A stretch of DNA of 60,054 nucleotides, filler included. It is 4 parts of 4 records of this genome, joined end to end, with 100 filler letters (N's around TTAATTAATTAA, not from the genome) between each part and the next. Parts side by side here need not be neighbours in the genome. Positions count along the whole stretch, not along the records: positions 1 to 18,133 come from SRR31156797_4598; 3 more parts are not named here. The stretch is one strand, 5' to 3'. Below are positions 1 to 10,074 of this stretch, piece after piece. Made by a program: the position numbers and the translations under genes. Under the pieces are notes generated by a model that was given only the letters and a program-made list of their open reading frames with translations, was not told the DNA's origin and did not search any database. The stretch's first letter is position 1; every line of letters begins with the position of its first letter.

Positions 1-981
1 TAGATAATCACTCGGGACGTTACAATTAGCTCCTGATAATCTTGCCCCTGATAGATTAGTATTTGATAAATTTGCGCTCCACAAATACGCTTTTCTTAAA
101 TTACCCCACATAATATTAGAGCCACTAATATTTGCTTCTGAAAGTGAAGCTTCAGACAAGTTTACCTGTGCAAGAAATGCATTGCTCATATTTACATTTT
201 TTAGATTAGCATCTATTAAAATAGTCTCAATAAGTGTTGCATTTTTTAAATTTGCCATTTCAAGGTCTGCATCTTTAAGATTTGCGCGGCTGAGAATTGC
301 CCCTTGCATGTTTGCCATTTTTAAAAATGTACCTTCAAAATTTGTCATTTCTAAATAAGCATTTTTAAAATTTGCGCTGTTCAGAAGCAGGCCGTCAAGT
401 TGAGCTTCCCATAAAAGGGCATTCTCGAGCTTTGACCTCCATAGTATAACCATCATTATTAAAAAACCATCTTGAGATTTAATGCTGCCGTCTTCATCGA
501 AATTCTCCAAATCTTCTTTAGGTTTTATATGGTTATTATGAAGAGTATAATAATTTACTTTAGTGAAAAGAGAGAATAACACCGGCTGTACAAAATTTTT
601 CCATGGAGATAAAAGATTTTTAAGCTTGATTTCGAACCCTGGATCAGGTGGTACTTTAGTTAAACCTACTGTCTTAATTAACTCTTTGTCAAAGATTGCA
701 CCTGACCCTAACAGGGTAGTCAGTGTGTTGTATTTAAATTCTGCCCGCTCTAGCAATCTTTCATGTCGGGCTGTGGCAAACCCTAACAGAGCAAAATATA
801 GAGTAAAGAGCAAAATTCCAAATGTACAAGGCGGTTTATAGTCCGGTGAGTCTGTCACCGATTTTGGTGGTGGAGCCAGTTTCACATATATTGCTCGTAA
901 TCCTAAAAACTCCCAGCATATCCAATAAGGGAAGCTTATTGTTTTAAAAATGATTTTTCTTAACAAAACAAATCTGTTCAT
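1..981 (-). CDS. Pentapeptide-repeat protein with N-terminal hydrophobic segment (3' end runs off the window)
   Basis: Absent from the ORF track because no stop lies in the window. Hand translation from ATG at 981 gives MNRFVLLRKIIF...FGILLFTLYFALLGFA... and later AILSR-ANLKD-ADLEM-ANLKN-ATLIE...ANLSN-TNLSG-ARLSG, i.e. A(D/N)Lxx pentapeptide repeats. Confidence 0.85.
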   Translation of the reverse strand, partial: MNRFVLLRKIIFKTISFPYWICWEFLGLRAIYVKLAPPPKSVTDSPDYKPPCTFGILLFTLYFALLGFATARHERLLERAEFKYNTLTTLLGSGAIFDKELIKTVGLTKVPPDPGFEIKLKNLLSPWKNFVQPVLFSLFTKVNYYTLHNNHIKPKEDLENFDEDGSIKSQDGFLIMMVILWRSKLENALLWEAQLDGLLLNSANFKNAYLEMTNFEGTFLKMANMQGAILSRANLKDADLEMANLKNATLIETILIDANLKNVNMSNAFLAQVNLSEASLSEANISGSNIMWGNLRKAYLWSANLSNTNLSGARLSGANCNVPSDYL

Positions 982-2006
982 AGTTACAGAGATTCATTCC
1001 TTGTTGGGTTGACGTTGATTGTTGATGCCTAGATTTTTTTAAAAAAATATGACTATTTGTTTTCCTTAAGTTTAAAGAAAGAGGGTTGACAGCAAAAAGA
1101 TGTTTACCCTACGCAACAAATTAATTCAGCCTGCCTGAAAGACAAGTAGCTTTGGAGATTGTTCAATGATACTTACTTTGCATATCCACCCCAGGGCTTC
1201 TTATTGTTCCAGGGTGGTTTAACCACCTCAACTTCTAGAGATATTGACGATGAGTTGCCATATAAATCCAGCAATAGCTGACAGAGTAGGAAAAAAATAT
1301 TCGGGGTTTTAAGTTGTGATTCAGAATGAACTTCGGAAGATAAATCCCCGAGTTTGCAGTGTGGCGAAGGCAGAGCTGAAAAATAGATCCTTCGGTTTTC
1401 GTACCACGAGGTGGGAAACACAACCAACTGTAACTACGATATTATTTACGTTTACAAGGAATGGTGTTAGAATTATTTCTCGAAATCGTGACAACCGACA
1501 CCGTCACCCTGCTTGCCAATCTTTCAGCGGTGGTGATGGTAGGAGTATTTCTGCCGACCTAGTGCAGGACAGCTTTGTATATGAGCAAAAGTAAAATTCA
1601 ATCACACACCAGCAAGCAAATTCGCCAGGAATTTTACAAGCAGCAAGAGTTTGAGAAACTCACAGCAAGTATAACAGGATGTTGAGTTTTTTTATATTGA
1701 TTGTTTCTGCTCATGGGCACCGTTTGCCCAAAGGTTTCTGCCCGTTGCAACAGGCCCTAATTAACAGGCGGCAATTACAGGATCATGGCTAAATGGTAAA
1801 AAATAACCTAGACGTGAAATTTTAACAGAAAATGGAAACATACAATTACAATAAATAGAATTGTGTTCTCTGCAAACTGCTTCAGCCCTTAAGACCCAAG
1901 GAGCAGAACGGCCCCCACGATTCAGCCACTCCAGAGGATCATGTACAGCGCACGCGGCGCTTTAACCTTATGAGTATAAAAATAATCAATAAAATGTCCA
2001 CCAATA

Positions 2007-2426
2007 ATGAATATCCTTCAATACCAAAATATTGCGTACTGTGGCCATCACTGTGAATATTGTTTCTATACAGAATGCACTGGCTGCCGCAGTGAAAAAC
2101 CAACTTGCTCTTATGCAAATCTCTTTGAAGATAATAAGTGTCCGAATATAACATGCTGCATCAATAAAAGCATTACTGGTTGCTATGAATGTCCAGGTCT
2201 TTCAGGATGCAAGTATGGATTTTATAGCAGAAAGGATGAACAAGTAGCAAAAGCTACAGCATTATTTATTCAAAAATACGGTCTCTGTAAATACGACAAT
2301 ACTCTTAAAAGAGCAGTTCAAAATGGAGTGAAGTACCCGGAGCAATTCAACAGACTACGTTCGGTAAAAGAAATGTTTCATCTTCTGGAAAAAATATTCA
2401 AGCAAAACACCAGATACAACCCGTAA
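2007..2426 (+). CDS. Cys-rich DUF3795-like protein
   Basis: IAYCGHHCEYC...CTGC...CPNITCC...GCYECP pattern typical of DUF3795. Confidence 0.7.
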   Translation: MNILQYQNIAYCGHHCEYCFYTECTGCRSEKPTCSYANLFEDNKCPNITCCINKSITGCYECPGLSGCKYGFYSRKDEQVAKATALFIQKYGLCKYDNTLKRAVQNGVKYPEQFNRLRSVKEMFHLLEKIFKQNTRYNP

Positions 2427-2494
2427 AAATAGTGACTTAAAAAAAATATGACACGTTAATTTCTGCCTCGTAATACTTCGTCAGTTAACTTAAC

Positions 2495-2532
2495 GTTGAG
2501 CCTGTAGTAAAAATGCCTACGTCTCGTTAGCC
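2495..2532 (+). mobile_element. 28-bp IS-end footprint flanked by GTT duplication at an attC-like crossover site
   Basis: GTT|GAGCCTGTAG-taaaaatgc-CTACGTCTC|GTTAGCC: imperfect inverted ends with GTT on both sides, preceded by the attC-end-like CAGTTAACTTAAC. Confidence 0.4.
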
Positions 2533-2540
2533 CAATACAA

Positions 2541-3236
2541 ATGAGGAAAATCATGAAAAACCAAGTTTCCACCATCGTTAAAAGCTGGGTATTTAGCTTT
2601 GTTATTGCCATAGTAGTAGTAACGTCTGTCAAATCTTCTCTTGCTGACTGGAATGATATCCCTACAGGCTCTATGCAACCAACAATATTAGTAGGCGACC
2701 GGGTATTTGTTAATAAGTTGGCATATGACTTTAAAATCCCCTTCACTACCTTTCATCTCGCAAAGTGGTCTGATCCAGCACATGGACAAATTGTTGTCTT
2801 TTTTTCTCCTAAAGACGGTACACGTCTGATTAAGCGTGTAATCGGAATCCCTGGAGATGTTATTGCAATGAGAGAAAACAGGCTTTTCATTAATGGTGAT
2901 TTTGCTGAATACACCCCTTTGAATGAAAACTGCAGAGATCAATTTGTCAAAAACCTAGAAAATAACCACATATTTTTAAATGAAAACATTACCAGGAAAC
3001 AGCATTCAGTAATGCTTTCTCCCTCACGTCCTTCATTAACAACATTTGGCCCAGTAACAATTCCAGAAGGAAAATATTTTATGATGGGTGATAATCGCGA
3101 CAACAGCGCAGACTCGCGATTTTTTGGTTTCGTAGATCGAAATGAAATTGTTGGCCAAGCAAAAACGGTTGTTATTTCCAGAAATGGTACTTTCTTAAAT
3201 CCACGGTGGTCTAGATTTTTCCAAGAACTAATCTAA
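2541..3236 (+). CDS. lepB: Signal peptidase I (S26A)
   Basis: Single TM segment, catalytic Ser box TGSMQPT, Lys box LIKRVIG, box E GDNRDNSADSR. Alternative start at 2553. Confidence 0.93.
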   Translation: MRKIMKNQVSTIVKSWVFSFVIAIVVVTSVKSSLADWNDIPTGSMQPTILVGDRVFVNKLAYDFKIPFTTFHLAKWSDPAHGQIVVFFSPKDGTRLIKRVIGIPGDVIAMRENRLFINGDFAEYTPLNENCRDQFVKNLENNHIFLNENITRKQHSVMLSPSRPSLTTFGPVTIPEGKYFMMGDNRDNSADSRFFGFVDRNEIVGQAKTVVISRNGTFLNPRWSRFFQELI

Positions 3237-3256
3237 AGATAGGCAATAATATCTTG

Positions 3257-3320
3257 TACCAACCAGGCGTTTATCGCGTTCGTTGCGCTCTCTCGGACAC
3301 GCTTAAGCTCGTCGATTACA
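3257..3320 (+). repeat. Degenerate attC-like site
   Basis: CCAACCAGGCGTTTATCGCGTTCGTTGCGCTCTCTCGGACACGCTTAAGCTCGTCG resembles the AAC...CGTTCGCT(T/G)CGCTCACT..GAC...GCTTAAGCTC style of integron attC sites. The terminal GTT is mutated. Confidence 0.45.
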
Positions 3321-3336
3321 ATGAAGGATTTCAAAA

Positions 3337-3969
3337 ATGCTATCAAGCAATACACAATCCGTTAATATTGTGCTTACCGGATCTAATATCGGCAGAACAA
3401 CCCCCGGAAGACTTTATGGATCAGGCGAAAAAGCTGTTATTTTTTCTAATATGGATATAAATAATCAGAATGACTGGGAACCAGTCATCAAAAATCTAGA
3501 CGTAAGTGGCTGCATGGTTCTCACATATGATTATTTTCAGTATGAGAACGAGCAGTCGGAAATCCTGAAAGATGCAATTTCTTTTGCAAAGGCTTCGGGT
3601 GCCCAAAAAATTATTCTTATAGGTGCAAGCAGAGGAGGCGTGGCATCCTTAAAAACCGCCGTAAAATCTGTTGATGACGATTGCATATCCGGCGTCGCAG
3701 CACTTTCCGCTCCTATTAACTATGAAGGAATAGTTTTCTATAGCAATGAGGAACTGAACAGAATCCGAATTCCGACACTTCTGATAAATTCCGAATTCGA
3801 TGACGGAGCTGATGATACGCGGGAAATGTATGAACTCGTTAATGATCCCAAAGAGATGTTATTCTATCCTGGTAATGCACACGGCACTGAACTTTTTGGC
3901 GAACAACGGGAACCACTTGTCAAAAAATTGATAAATTTTACAGAATCTGTTTTTTCAGACCGGTATTAA
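3337..3969 (+). CDS. Alpha/beta hydrolase
   Basis: Nucleophile elbow LIGASRGG, acid residue in SEFDD, His in YPGNAHGT. Confidence 0.8.
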   Translation: MLSSNTQSVNIVLTGSNIGRTTPGRLYGSGEKAVIFSNMDINNQNDWEPVIKNLDVSGCMVLTYDYFQYENEQSEILKDAISFAKASGAQKIILIGASRGGVASLKTAVKSVDDDCISGVAALSAPINYEGIVFYSNEELNRIRIPTLLINSEFDDGADDTREMYELVNDPKEMLFYPGNAHGTELFGEQREPLVKKLINFTESVFSDRY

Positions 3970-4057
3970 GAAAACCAAAATACATAACCAACTGCTGGCA
4001 GGGAAGCACAGCCATGACGCGCCCAATAGCAATATACCACTGCAGTGAGACATATGA

Positions 4058-4308
4058 ATGCCACGATACAAACCATACTCACATAGACAGGGTAAACAAT
4101 CCGAATATAATACCCAAATATCCTATTGCCCACTCCATAGGGGCCATTACAGGCGCAAAATTGCTCAATCCTGTCGGGATAATATTTTAAGGAAAATAAA
4201 AAACAAAAAGATCCCTGGAGAGATGAAACCCTGGTCTTTTTGTGATCCTGCCGAAAAAACGAGTTTCCGAGAAACAGGGCTGGCGCAAAAAGGGTTTCCT
4301 AAAGACTC
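4058..4308 (+). mobile_element. Internally deleted IS remnant (IS1182-like transposase N-terminus plus right end)
   Basis: The ORF begins MPRYKPYSHRQGK, like N-termini I recall from deltaproteobacterial IS1182-family transposases, then loses similarity. GGGTTTCCTAAAGACTC at 4292-4308 resembles the inverted end seen at 2498-2525. Confidence 0.45.
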
Positions 4309-4334
4309 ATTAACAGAATAAAAAACTTCTCAAA

Positions 4335-4834
4335 ATGAAAATTATGGAAATATTAGTGGCTCAAAGAAGAGACATTGTATCTCTATCTTCAATTATCAGT
4401 GAAAGCACAATAGAGATGTTGCTGAATTATTAGCTCTAACTATCAATAACGCCCCTAAACATCCATCGTTTTGCACTGCTGAGTGGATTATGTCTGATTT
4501 TGAAAGAGGACAAGAGTATTTCCTTTCAACAGAGGATGGAAGATCTACAGGATGTGTGGCTTTTGAACAACCAGATAAGGATACAGCATATCTGAATAGA
4601 TTATCCGTGCTCCCAAAATTTAGGAAGAGAGGAGTAGGCTCGTTCCTGGTTGAGCATATTGTTGACTATTCAAAGAAAAAAAAGGTTAAAAATATCAGCA
4701 TAGGAATAATAGCTGAGCATACGGTACTAAAAGAATGGTATCTAAAGCTTGGTTTCATCGAAGGTGCATTGCAGAAGTTCGACCACCTTCCGTTTAATGT
4801 GCGTTATATGAAATTTGAAATATCAAATTGCTAA
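4335..4834 (+). pseudogene. GNAT acetyltransferase, frameshifted near 4405
   Basis: The frame from ATG 4335/4344 (MEILVAQRRDIVSLSSIISES) stops at TAG. A second frame gives NRDVAELLALTINNAPKHPSFCTAEWI and runs into the 4490 ORF, which has motif A LSVLPKFRKRGVGSFL and WYLKLGF. A sequencing indel is also possible. Confidence 0.7.
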
Positions 4835-4916
4835 CCAGGCAGTCAACAGCACCTCGCTACACTATGTTCGAAATAGCTGAAGCTCGACCGGTTACGCTCG
4901 GCTCTTTCTGTTATGA
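4829..4916 (+). repeat. attC-like site overlapping the GNAT stop codon
   Basis: TGCTAAC (R''-like, contains the TAA stop), then GTCAACAGCAC-CTCGCTACACTAT..ATAGCTGAAGCTCG-ACCGGTTAC (imperfect palindrome), then GTTATGA (R'-like). Confidence 0.55.
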
Positions 4917-5388
4917 GAATGAAGAATATTTATCAATACAGGAAGACATGAAACGAAAATACATAAAACTCAACCGACTAGCATTTTGATAGGCATATTT
5001 GTTAAAGTTTAGATCTGACCCTGATCCTGAGAGCGGCAACAGGTGTTCCACCTAGGCATGACAGCAAAGCGCTGGTAATGAACTTTCCGGAGCCAGGGCT
5101 TGCAGGAAAGAACACCCATATTTACTCGTTGCTGGATAAGCCTGAAGATGCGAGCCGCAGTAACTCACCGTGGATACGGAGTCTATATTGGTGACACTGA
5201 TATGCAAATAAATTTTTCCATGATTTGCTTCGAACACTTTGTGTCTGTCAGTATCGCATCAACAGCCACTCAAAGTGCCCCCCGTATTGACGCCCCCTGT
5301 AAGCAGGCAAAGGGAGCAAGAGGACCGATAAGCTATATATTAACCGGTAGCGATTTTTGCAAAATGCCGCAACGCATGGAATGGTCTG

Positions 5389-6849
5389 ATGAATGCACAC
5401 CCTTTTAGGAGTATCATTCGCCTCTTATGGCCGTTGCTCAATTGGATACTGGGAGCATGTATTGCTCTAGTCTGTCTGTTTGTATGGACCCTCGAACAAC
5501 GGCCGGACCTCAAATTTTGGCACACCGTGGAACTCGATGCAGAATTCACTGCACAATCAAAAGTGAATAGCTTTCAAGAGTATCTCGCTTTGGAAGAAAC
5601 ACTTTTTACCCAACTGGATGAACTTGTCTACGACAGAACTGAGCCAGACGATCGCCTGAACATTAACCGGTATTCCAAGGGGAGCCTGGCGGACCCGAAA
5701 CGCTGGTCACCAAACTGGAATCGAACCTTTGAATTGGAACACGATACCCCCAGGGCAGGTGTATTGCTTTTACACGGACTTTCCGACTCACCATACAGTA
5801 TGCGGAGCCTGGGAACGCGTTTGCATGCGGCAGGAGCCTGGGTGATCGGACTGCGTATACCAGGCCACGGTACAGTCCCTTCCGGGCTTGTCAAGACCAA
5901 CTGGCAGGATATGGCTGCAGCAGTACGGCTGGCGATGCATCATCTGCAGAACAAAGTTGCCGACCGACCGCTCTACATTGTCGGATATTCCAATGGCGGC
6001 GCCCTGGCAATTCGTTATGTCTTCGAAGCTTTTGAAGATACATCGCTGCCGGCAGCCGATCGGCTGGTGTTGCTTTCTCCTATGATCGGGGTGGCGCCGG
6101 TAGCCGCCTTGGCAGTATGGCAGGCCCGGCTTGGCCTTTTACTTGCACTCCCAAAAATGGAATGGATTGATATCCGTCCTGAATTTGACCCATTCAAGTA
6201 TGGTTCATTTACCATCAATGCCGGCGACTTGAGCTATCGCCTGACAGCTGAAAACAAATCGTCACTTGCCAATACGAAAACAAAAGAAAAATTTAAAAAA
6301 TTCCCACCTGTTTTGGCCTTTCAATCTGCAGTAGATAAAACAGTGTCGACAAAAGCGGTGGTGGAAGATCTTTTCATGCAGCTTCCAACGGATGAGAATG
6401 AGTTAGTGCTATTTGGCGTAAACCGCAATAAAGACCTGGAATTTGTACTCAATGACGATCCCAAACCCTACATTGACGAACTGTTCAAGAAAAGTAGCCT
6501 GCAGTTTACACTCACTTTTGCAACAAAGACAAGCGAGGAAGCCAGCAAAATAGTTTTACGAACAAAGGGAGCAGGCATGCCTGAAATCATAGAGACCGAT
6601 ACAATCCTACAGTGGCCGAAGCAGGTATATTCATTATCCCATGTCGCCCTGCCCTTTAGAGCTGATGACCCACTCTACGGTGTTGATGCGTCAATTGACA
6701 GCCCGGGCATCCAACTCGGAAACCTGTCCTTGCGAGGTGAGCGTGATATACTGGAGATTCCTGCATCTACAATGCTGCGCCTGCGCTGGAACCCCTTTTA
6801 TGATTTCACCGAGGATAAACTACTTAATTTCTTGAGCCTTTCTGAATAA
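5389..6849 (+). CDS. Membrane-anchored alpha/beta hydrolase (esterase/lipase-like)
   Basis: N-terminal TM, LLHGLSDS oxyanion region, GYSNGG nucleophile, SLSHVALP His. Confidence 0.85.
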   Translation: MNAHPFRSIIRLLWPLLNWILGACIALVCLFVWTLEQRPDLKFWHTVELDAEFTAQSKVNSFQEYLALEETLFTQLDELVYDRTEPDDRLNINRYSKGSLADPKRWSPNWNRTFELEHDTPRAGVLLLHGLSDSPYSMRSLGTRLHAAGAWVIGLRIPGHGTVPSGLVKTNWQDMAAAVRLAMHHLQNKVADRPLYIVGYSNGGALAIRYVFEAFEDTSLPAADRLVLLSPMIGVAPVAALAVWQARLGLLLALPKMEWIDIRPEFDPFKYGSFTINAGDLSYRLTAENKSSLANTKTKEKFKKFPPVLAFQSAVDKTVSTKAVVEDLFMQLPTDENELVLFGVNRNKDLEFVLNDDPKPYIDELFKKSSLQFTLTFATKTSEEASKIVLRTKGAGMPEIIETDTILQWPKQVYSLSHVALPFRADDPLYGVDASIDSPGIQLGNLSLRGERDILEIPASTMLRLRWNPFYDFTEDKLLNFLSLSE

Positions 6850-6977
6850 AAAATCAACATATCCGCCCGCACGTCCACCACCCCCCAAAACCCCCTTTTT
6901 CCCACTTTTTTGAGCTGGAGAGAAAGGAAAAACCCGGTGGTGCTTATACCAGCCTACTCCTGCATCGTTTCCGTAAT

Positions 6978-7056
6978 AGGGAAAAAGAGATATTGGAAGC
7001 TATTATCCTAAGGTAAAGCGAGCTAGGAAATCGCCGAGGAACTTGAAGTCAACACT
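6978..7056 (+). pseudogene. LuxR-type HTH remnant
   Basis: Broken frames read REKEIL...GKAS*EIAEELEV, with a frameshift and a stop. Confidence 0.35.
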
Positions 7057-7716
7057 CCTCTCAGGCAGTTGCCAAGGACAGTTTCTTGGGTTAGCCACGA
7101 AAAAGAATCGAGCTAAAAAGCAATTAAAACATTAAATTCACAACAAATTATTCCAGATCAAATCAACAAATCCGAACCACCTGATTGCCCAATGGTCCCT
7201 ATAAATCTAAGCCACCGTTGAGGCTTTCAACTTATAGACTTTGGCGACATAACGGTATTGCTCACCAGTTTTCCGGGTCGGTATAGCCGAAAAATCAATG
7301 AGGCTCATTATGAGCTTCAAGTATTCCACTCAAACTACTAATAATACATCGAAGTTTAAAACTTACTCGCTTGCAAAAACATTTAACCTAGCACGACTTT
7401 TGAGGCTAGTGAAATCTACCAGATATATTTCAATGGTTAACATTGCCATTACTAGCCTCTATCATCTCGATATCACGCGTCATTGCAACCTCCTCTGCAC
7501 TTCTCTTAACCGGTGAAAAGGCTGCTTCGGGTTAGCCTTCTCCCGGTATTTACGAACGGGTGTGTCTCTCTCTGCTTGCTCTCGACTTTCCGTAAACTAC
7601 ACTATTGCCAATTCCATCTTGATTGAAATAATTTTACTAACCGTTGTCACGATGATAAGATCAAATAATGCCCACGAACTCATAGTCCCCACAACATTCT
7701 TTCAAAAGCAAAAATA

Positions 7717-8415
7717 ATGAGCAAGCTGAGAGCAAGAGTAGATCTCGAAAAAAATAGGCTTTACCTCGACTTTAGTGGCACTGTCACTAAGAATAAAATG
7801 GAAGAGTTGTATACGGACCTAAGGTTCTGTGTTGTAGATTTATCACCTGGATTTGACCTTGTTGCAGATTACTCTGAGTGCAAGTTACTCCAACTGCACA
7901 GCATCCCTACCTTTAAGAAAGTAATAGGGTTCCTAATTGAAAAAGGTCTCTGCGAAACAGTACGTATAATTACAGAAGATCATATTTCATATAATCAGAT
8001 TCTAAATCTAAATGTTCGTCTTCAAGGGTATTTACCAATCTACGCCTCAAGCCAGGAGGAGGCCGATGAAAAACTCAGTACTGTCGTCAAACGTAAAGGT
8101 GTCCGTATTCGCCTACATGAGGTTGCAGTTGATTTCGAAACTAGCTCATCCCACTCAGGAGTTGGCAAGGCAGTCGACATATCTACCAGCGGATGTGCTA
8201 TAAAGGTTCCAACTGAAGCAAAGAAGTTAAACGTTAACGACGAAGTTGATCTACAGATAATATTCAGTCAAGGAGCAGGAGAATCCGAAACCATCAGGGT
8301 CAAGTCCAGCGTGGTCAGGGTTGAAAAGAACCTGTTTGCTGTAGAATTCACTGAGTTAGAGGACGAAACAAAGGCGCAGCTATGGAAGCATATTCTGTCA
8401 GAAGCGAGGAATTGA
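7717..8415 (+). CDS. PilZ-domain protein (c-di-GMP receptor)
   Basis: RxxxR motif (RKGVR) and DxSxxG motif (DISTSG) in the C-terminal half. Confidence 0.85.
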   Translation: MSKLRARVDLEKNRLYLDFSGTVTKNKMEELYTDLRFCVVDLSPGFDLVADYSECKLLQLHSIPTFKKVIGFLIEKGLCETVRIITEDHISYNQILNLNVRLQGYLPIYASSQEEADEKLSTVVKRKGVRIRLHEVAVDFETSSSHSGVGKAVDISTSGCAIKVPTEAKKLNVNDEVDLQIIFSQGAGESETIRVKSSVVRVEKNLFAVEFTELEDETKAQLWKHILSEARN

Positions 8416-8781
8416 CGTGCGGCATCAAGATGACTGCCCCTAAGGTCACACCCAGGCAAAAATAGGGTTGTTACGTATACAAACTGTGAATTCAAGCCCA
8501 GAGAAGCATTGGAAACATATTGGCGTCACCCTTAAAAGGACATGTTGAATTGTTGGAAAAGTATAGCATATCAATATGATTGCAGATGGTTAAAGGTAGA
8601 GAGAACTGTTCTCTACAATAATTATTCAATAATCCCTATGGTTGACAAGGTCAATAGCCATGTGTCGGAAGGGACTCCATATGGTTTTAGGCATAAGTAT
8701 GATAATGTTACTAGACTGCTTTCTATTTTGATGAGCAATGAAACTTATACCAGCATTTCCAGGTACGACAGGAGATAGTCT

Positions 8782-10026
8782 ATGAAAATCGCCACCGCAG
8801 CCACGACAGATGTACGAGCCCAGGTGATCCTTGAATGCTACGATAACTTGATAGATGAGCTTGGGGTAGATCCAGATCTGCTGATTGTATATTGCTCCGT
8901 GGATTGTAACCTTGAAGATATTATCAGGAAACTGCGAAGCAAAACTCCCCAGGTGGCCCTGCATGGAGGAACTTCCTGCATGGGCGCCATGACACAGTTT
9001 GGTTTAGCCTCGCAGGAGGGCAGAGGGTTCGCCATGATGGGTATTGCAGATCCGATAGGGAGTTATGGAGTTGGGGCTGCTCCAATTGGAGATGATCCGG
9101 TTCAGGCTGCTCAAGCGGCTATAACACTGGCCTTAGAGCATGCCGATTGCCCAGGAGAGGTACCAGCAATGGTTTGGTTGACCTCTGCGCCAGGAAGTGA
9201 AGAGTTATTACTTAGCGGTATTGGTGATGTACTGGGAGAAGACGTGCCAATAGCCGGTGGTAGTTCTGCGGATAACACAGTGAGTGGCAAGTGGAAGCAA
9301 TTTGTCGGTGATAGCGTGTACGACAATGCTGTGGTTGTAACAGCCCTTTTTCCTTCTACAGAGGTTATGTTTGCCTTCCATAGCGGCTATGAGCCCACCG
9401 AGGCAAAAGGGATCATTACCAAAGCAGGAGGGTATGAGGCGACTAACAATAAAGGTATTGCCACGGAAGCCAGCCAACGAACACTAATAGAGATCGATGG
9501 CCAGCCGGCTGCTGCCGTCTATAACGAATGGGTGGATGGGGCTATCTCCGAACAATGCGAGCACGGCGGTTCCATTTTAGCGCTGACTACATTACACCCC
9601 TTAGGAAGGGTGGCCGGTTATATAGGTGATGTTCCTTATTATCAGCTATCCCACCCTGATTCTGTCAATTCCGAGGGTGCGATAACAATGTTCTCTGACA
9701 TTAACAGTGGTGATGAGATTGTCCTGATGCACGGGACTATTGACAGTTTGATTACCAGAGCTGGTCGGGTAGCAACATCAGCCATGGAAACCAGCCTTGC
9801 CGATTCAAAAGAGATTGCCGGCGCTCTTGTGGTGTACTGCGCAGGGTGTATGCTCACTGTGCAGGAACGCCTGGATGAAGTCGTTGATAGTTTTCGCGAT
9901 GCCCTTCCGGATACACCCTTTCTGGGGACGTTCACCTTTGGTGAACAGGGGTGTTTTTTAAGTGGTGAAAATCGGCATGGCAACTTGATGATATCGGTCC
10001 TGTTATTTACCAAAGATACTGATTAA
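8782..10026 (+). CDS. FIST N/C signal-transduction protein
   Basis: HGGTSC, IAGGSSAD, EIDGQPAA, YCAGC and FLGTFTFGEQ...RHGNL, all characteristic FIST motifs. Confidence 0.9.
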   Translation: MKIATAATTDVRAQVILECYDNLIDELGVDPDLLIVYCSVDCNLEDIIRKLRSKTPQVALHGGTSCMGAMTQFGLASQEGRGFAMMGIADPIGSYGVGAAPIGDDPVQAAQAAITLALEHADCPGEVPAMVWLTSAPGSEELLLSGIGDVLGEDVPIAGGSSADNTVSGKWKQFVGDSVYDNAVVVTALFPSTEVMFAFHSGYEPTEAKGIITKAGGYEATNNKGIATEASQRTLIEIDGQPAAAVYNEWVDGAISEQCEHGGSILALTTLHPLGRVAGYIGDVPYYQLSHPDSVNSEGAITMFSDINSGDEIVLMHGTIDSLITRAGRVATSAMETSLADSKEIAGALVVYCAGCMLTVQERLDEVVDSFRDALPDTPFLGTFTFGEQGCFLSGENRHGNLMISVLLFTKDTD

Positions 10027-10074
10027 TTTGCCGGATCGACACAACGCTATTTCTTCAATATTCATTTGGGCTTT

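Noticed and set aside
563-1594. ORFs 563-841, 1173-1427, 1235-1423 and 1316-1594
   Set aside because: The first is antisense to the pentapeptide gene. The others have no recognisable motif or RBS and are probably decayed sequence.
7036-7059. 21/24 match to 48312-48335 as a dispersed repeat
   Set aside because: A rough estimate gives on the order of one such match by chance in a 60-kb self-comparison, and there is no further support.
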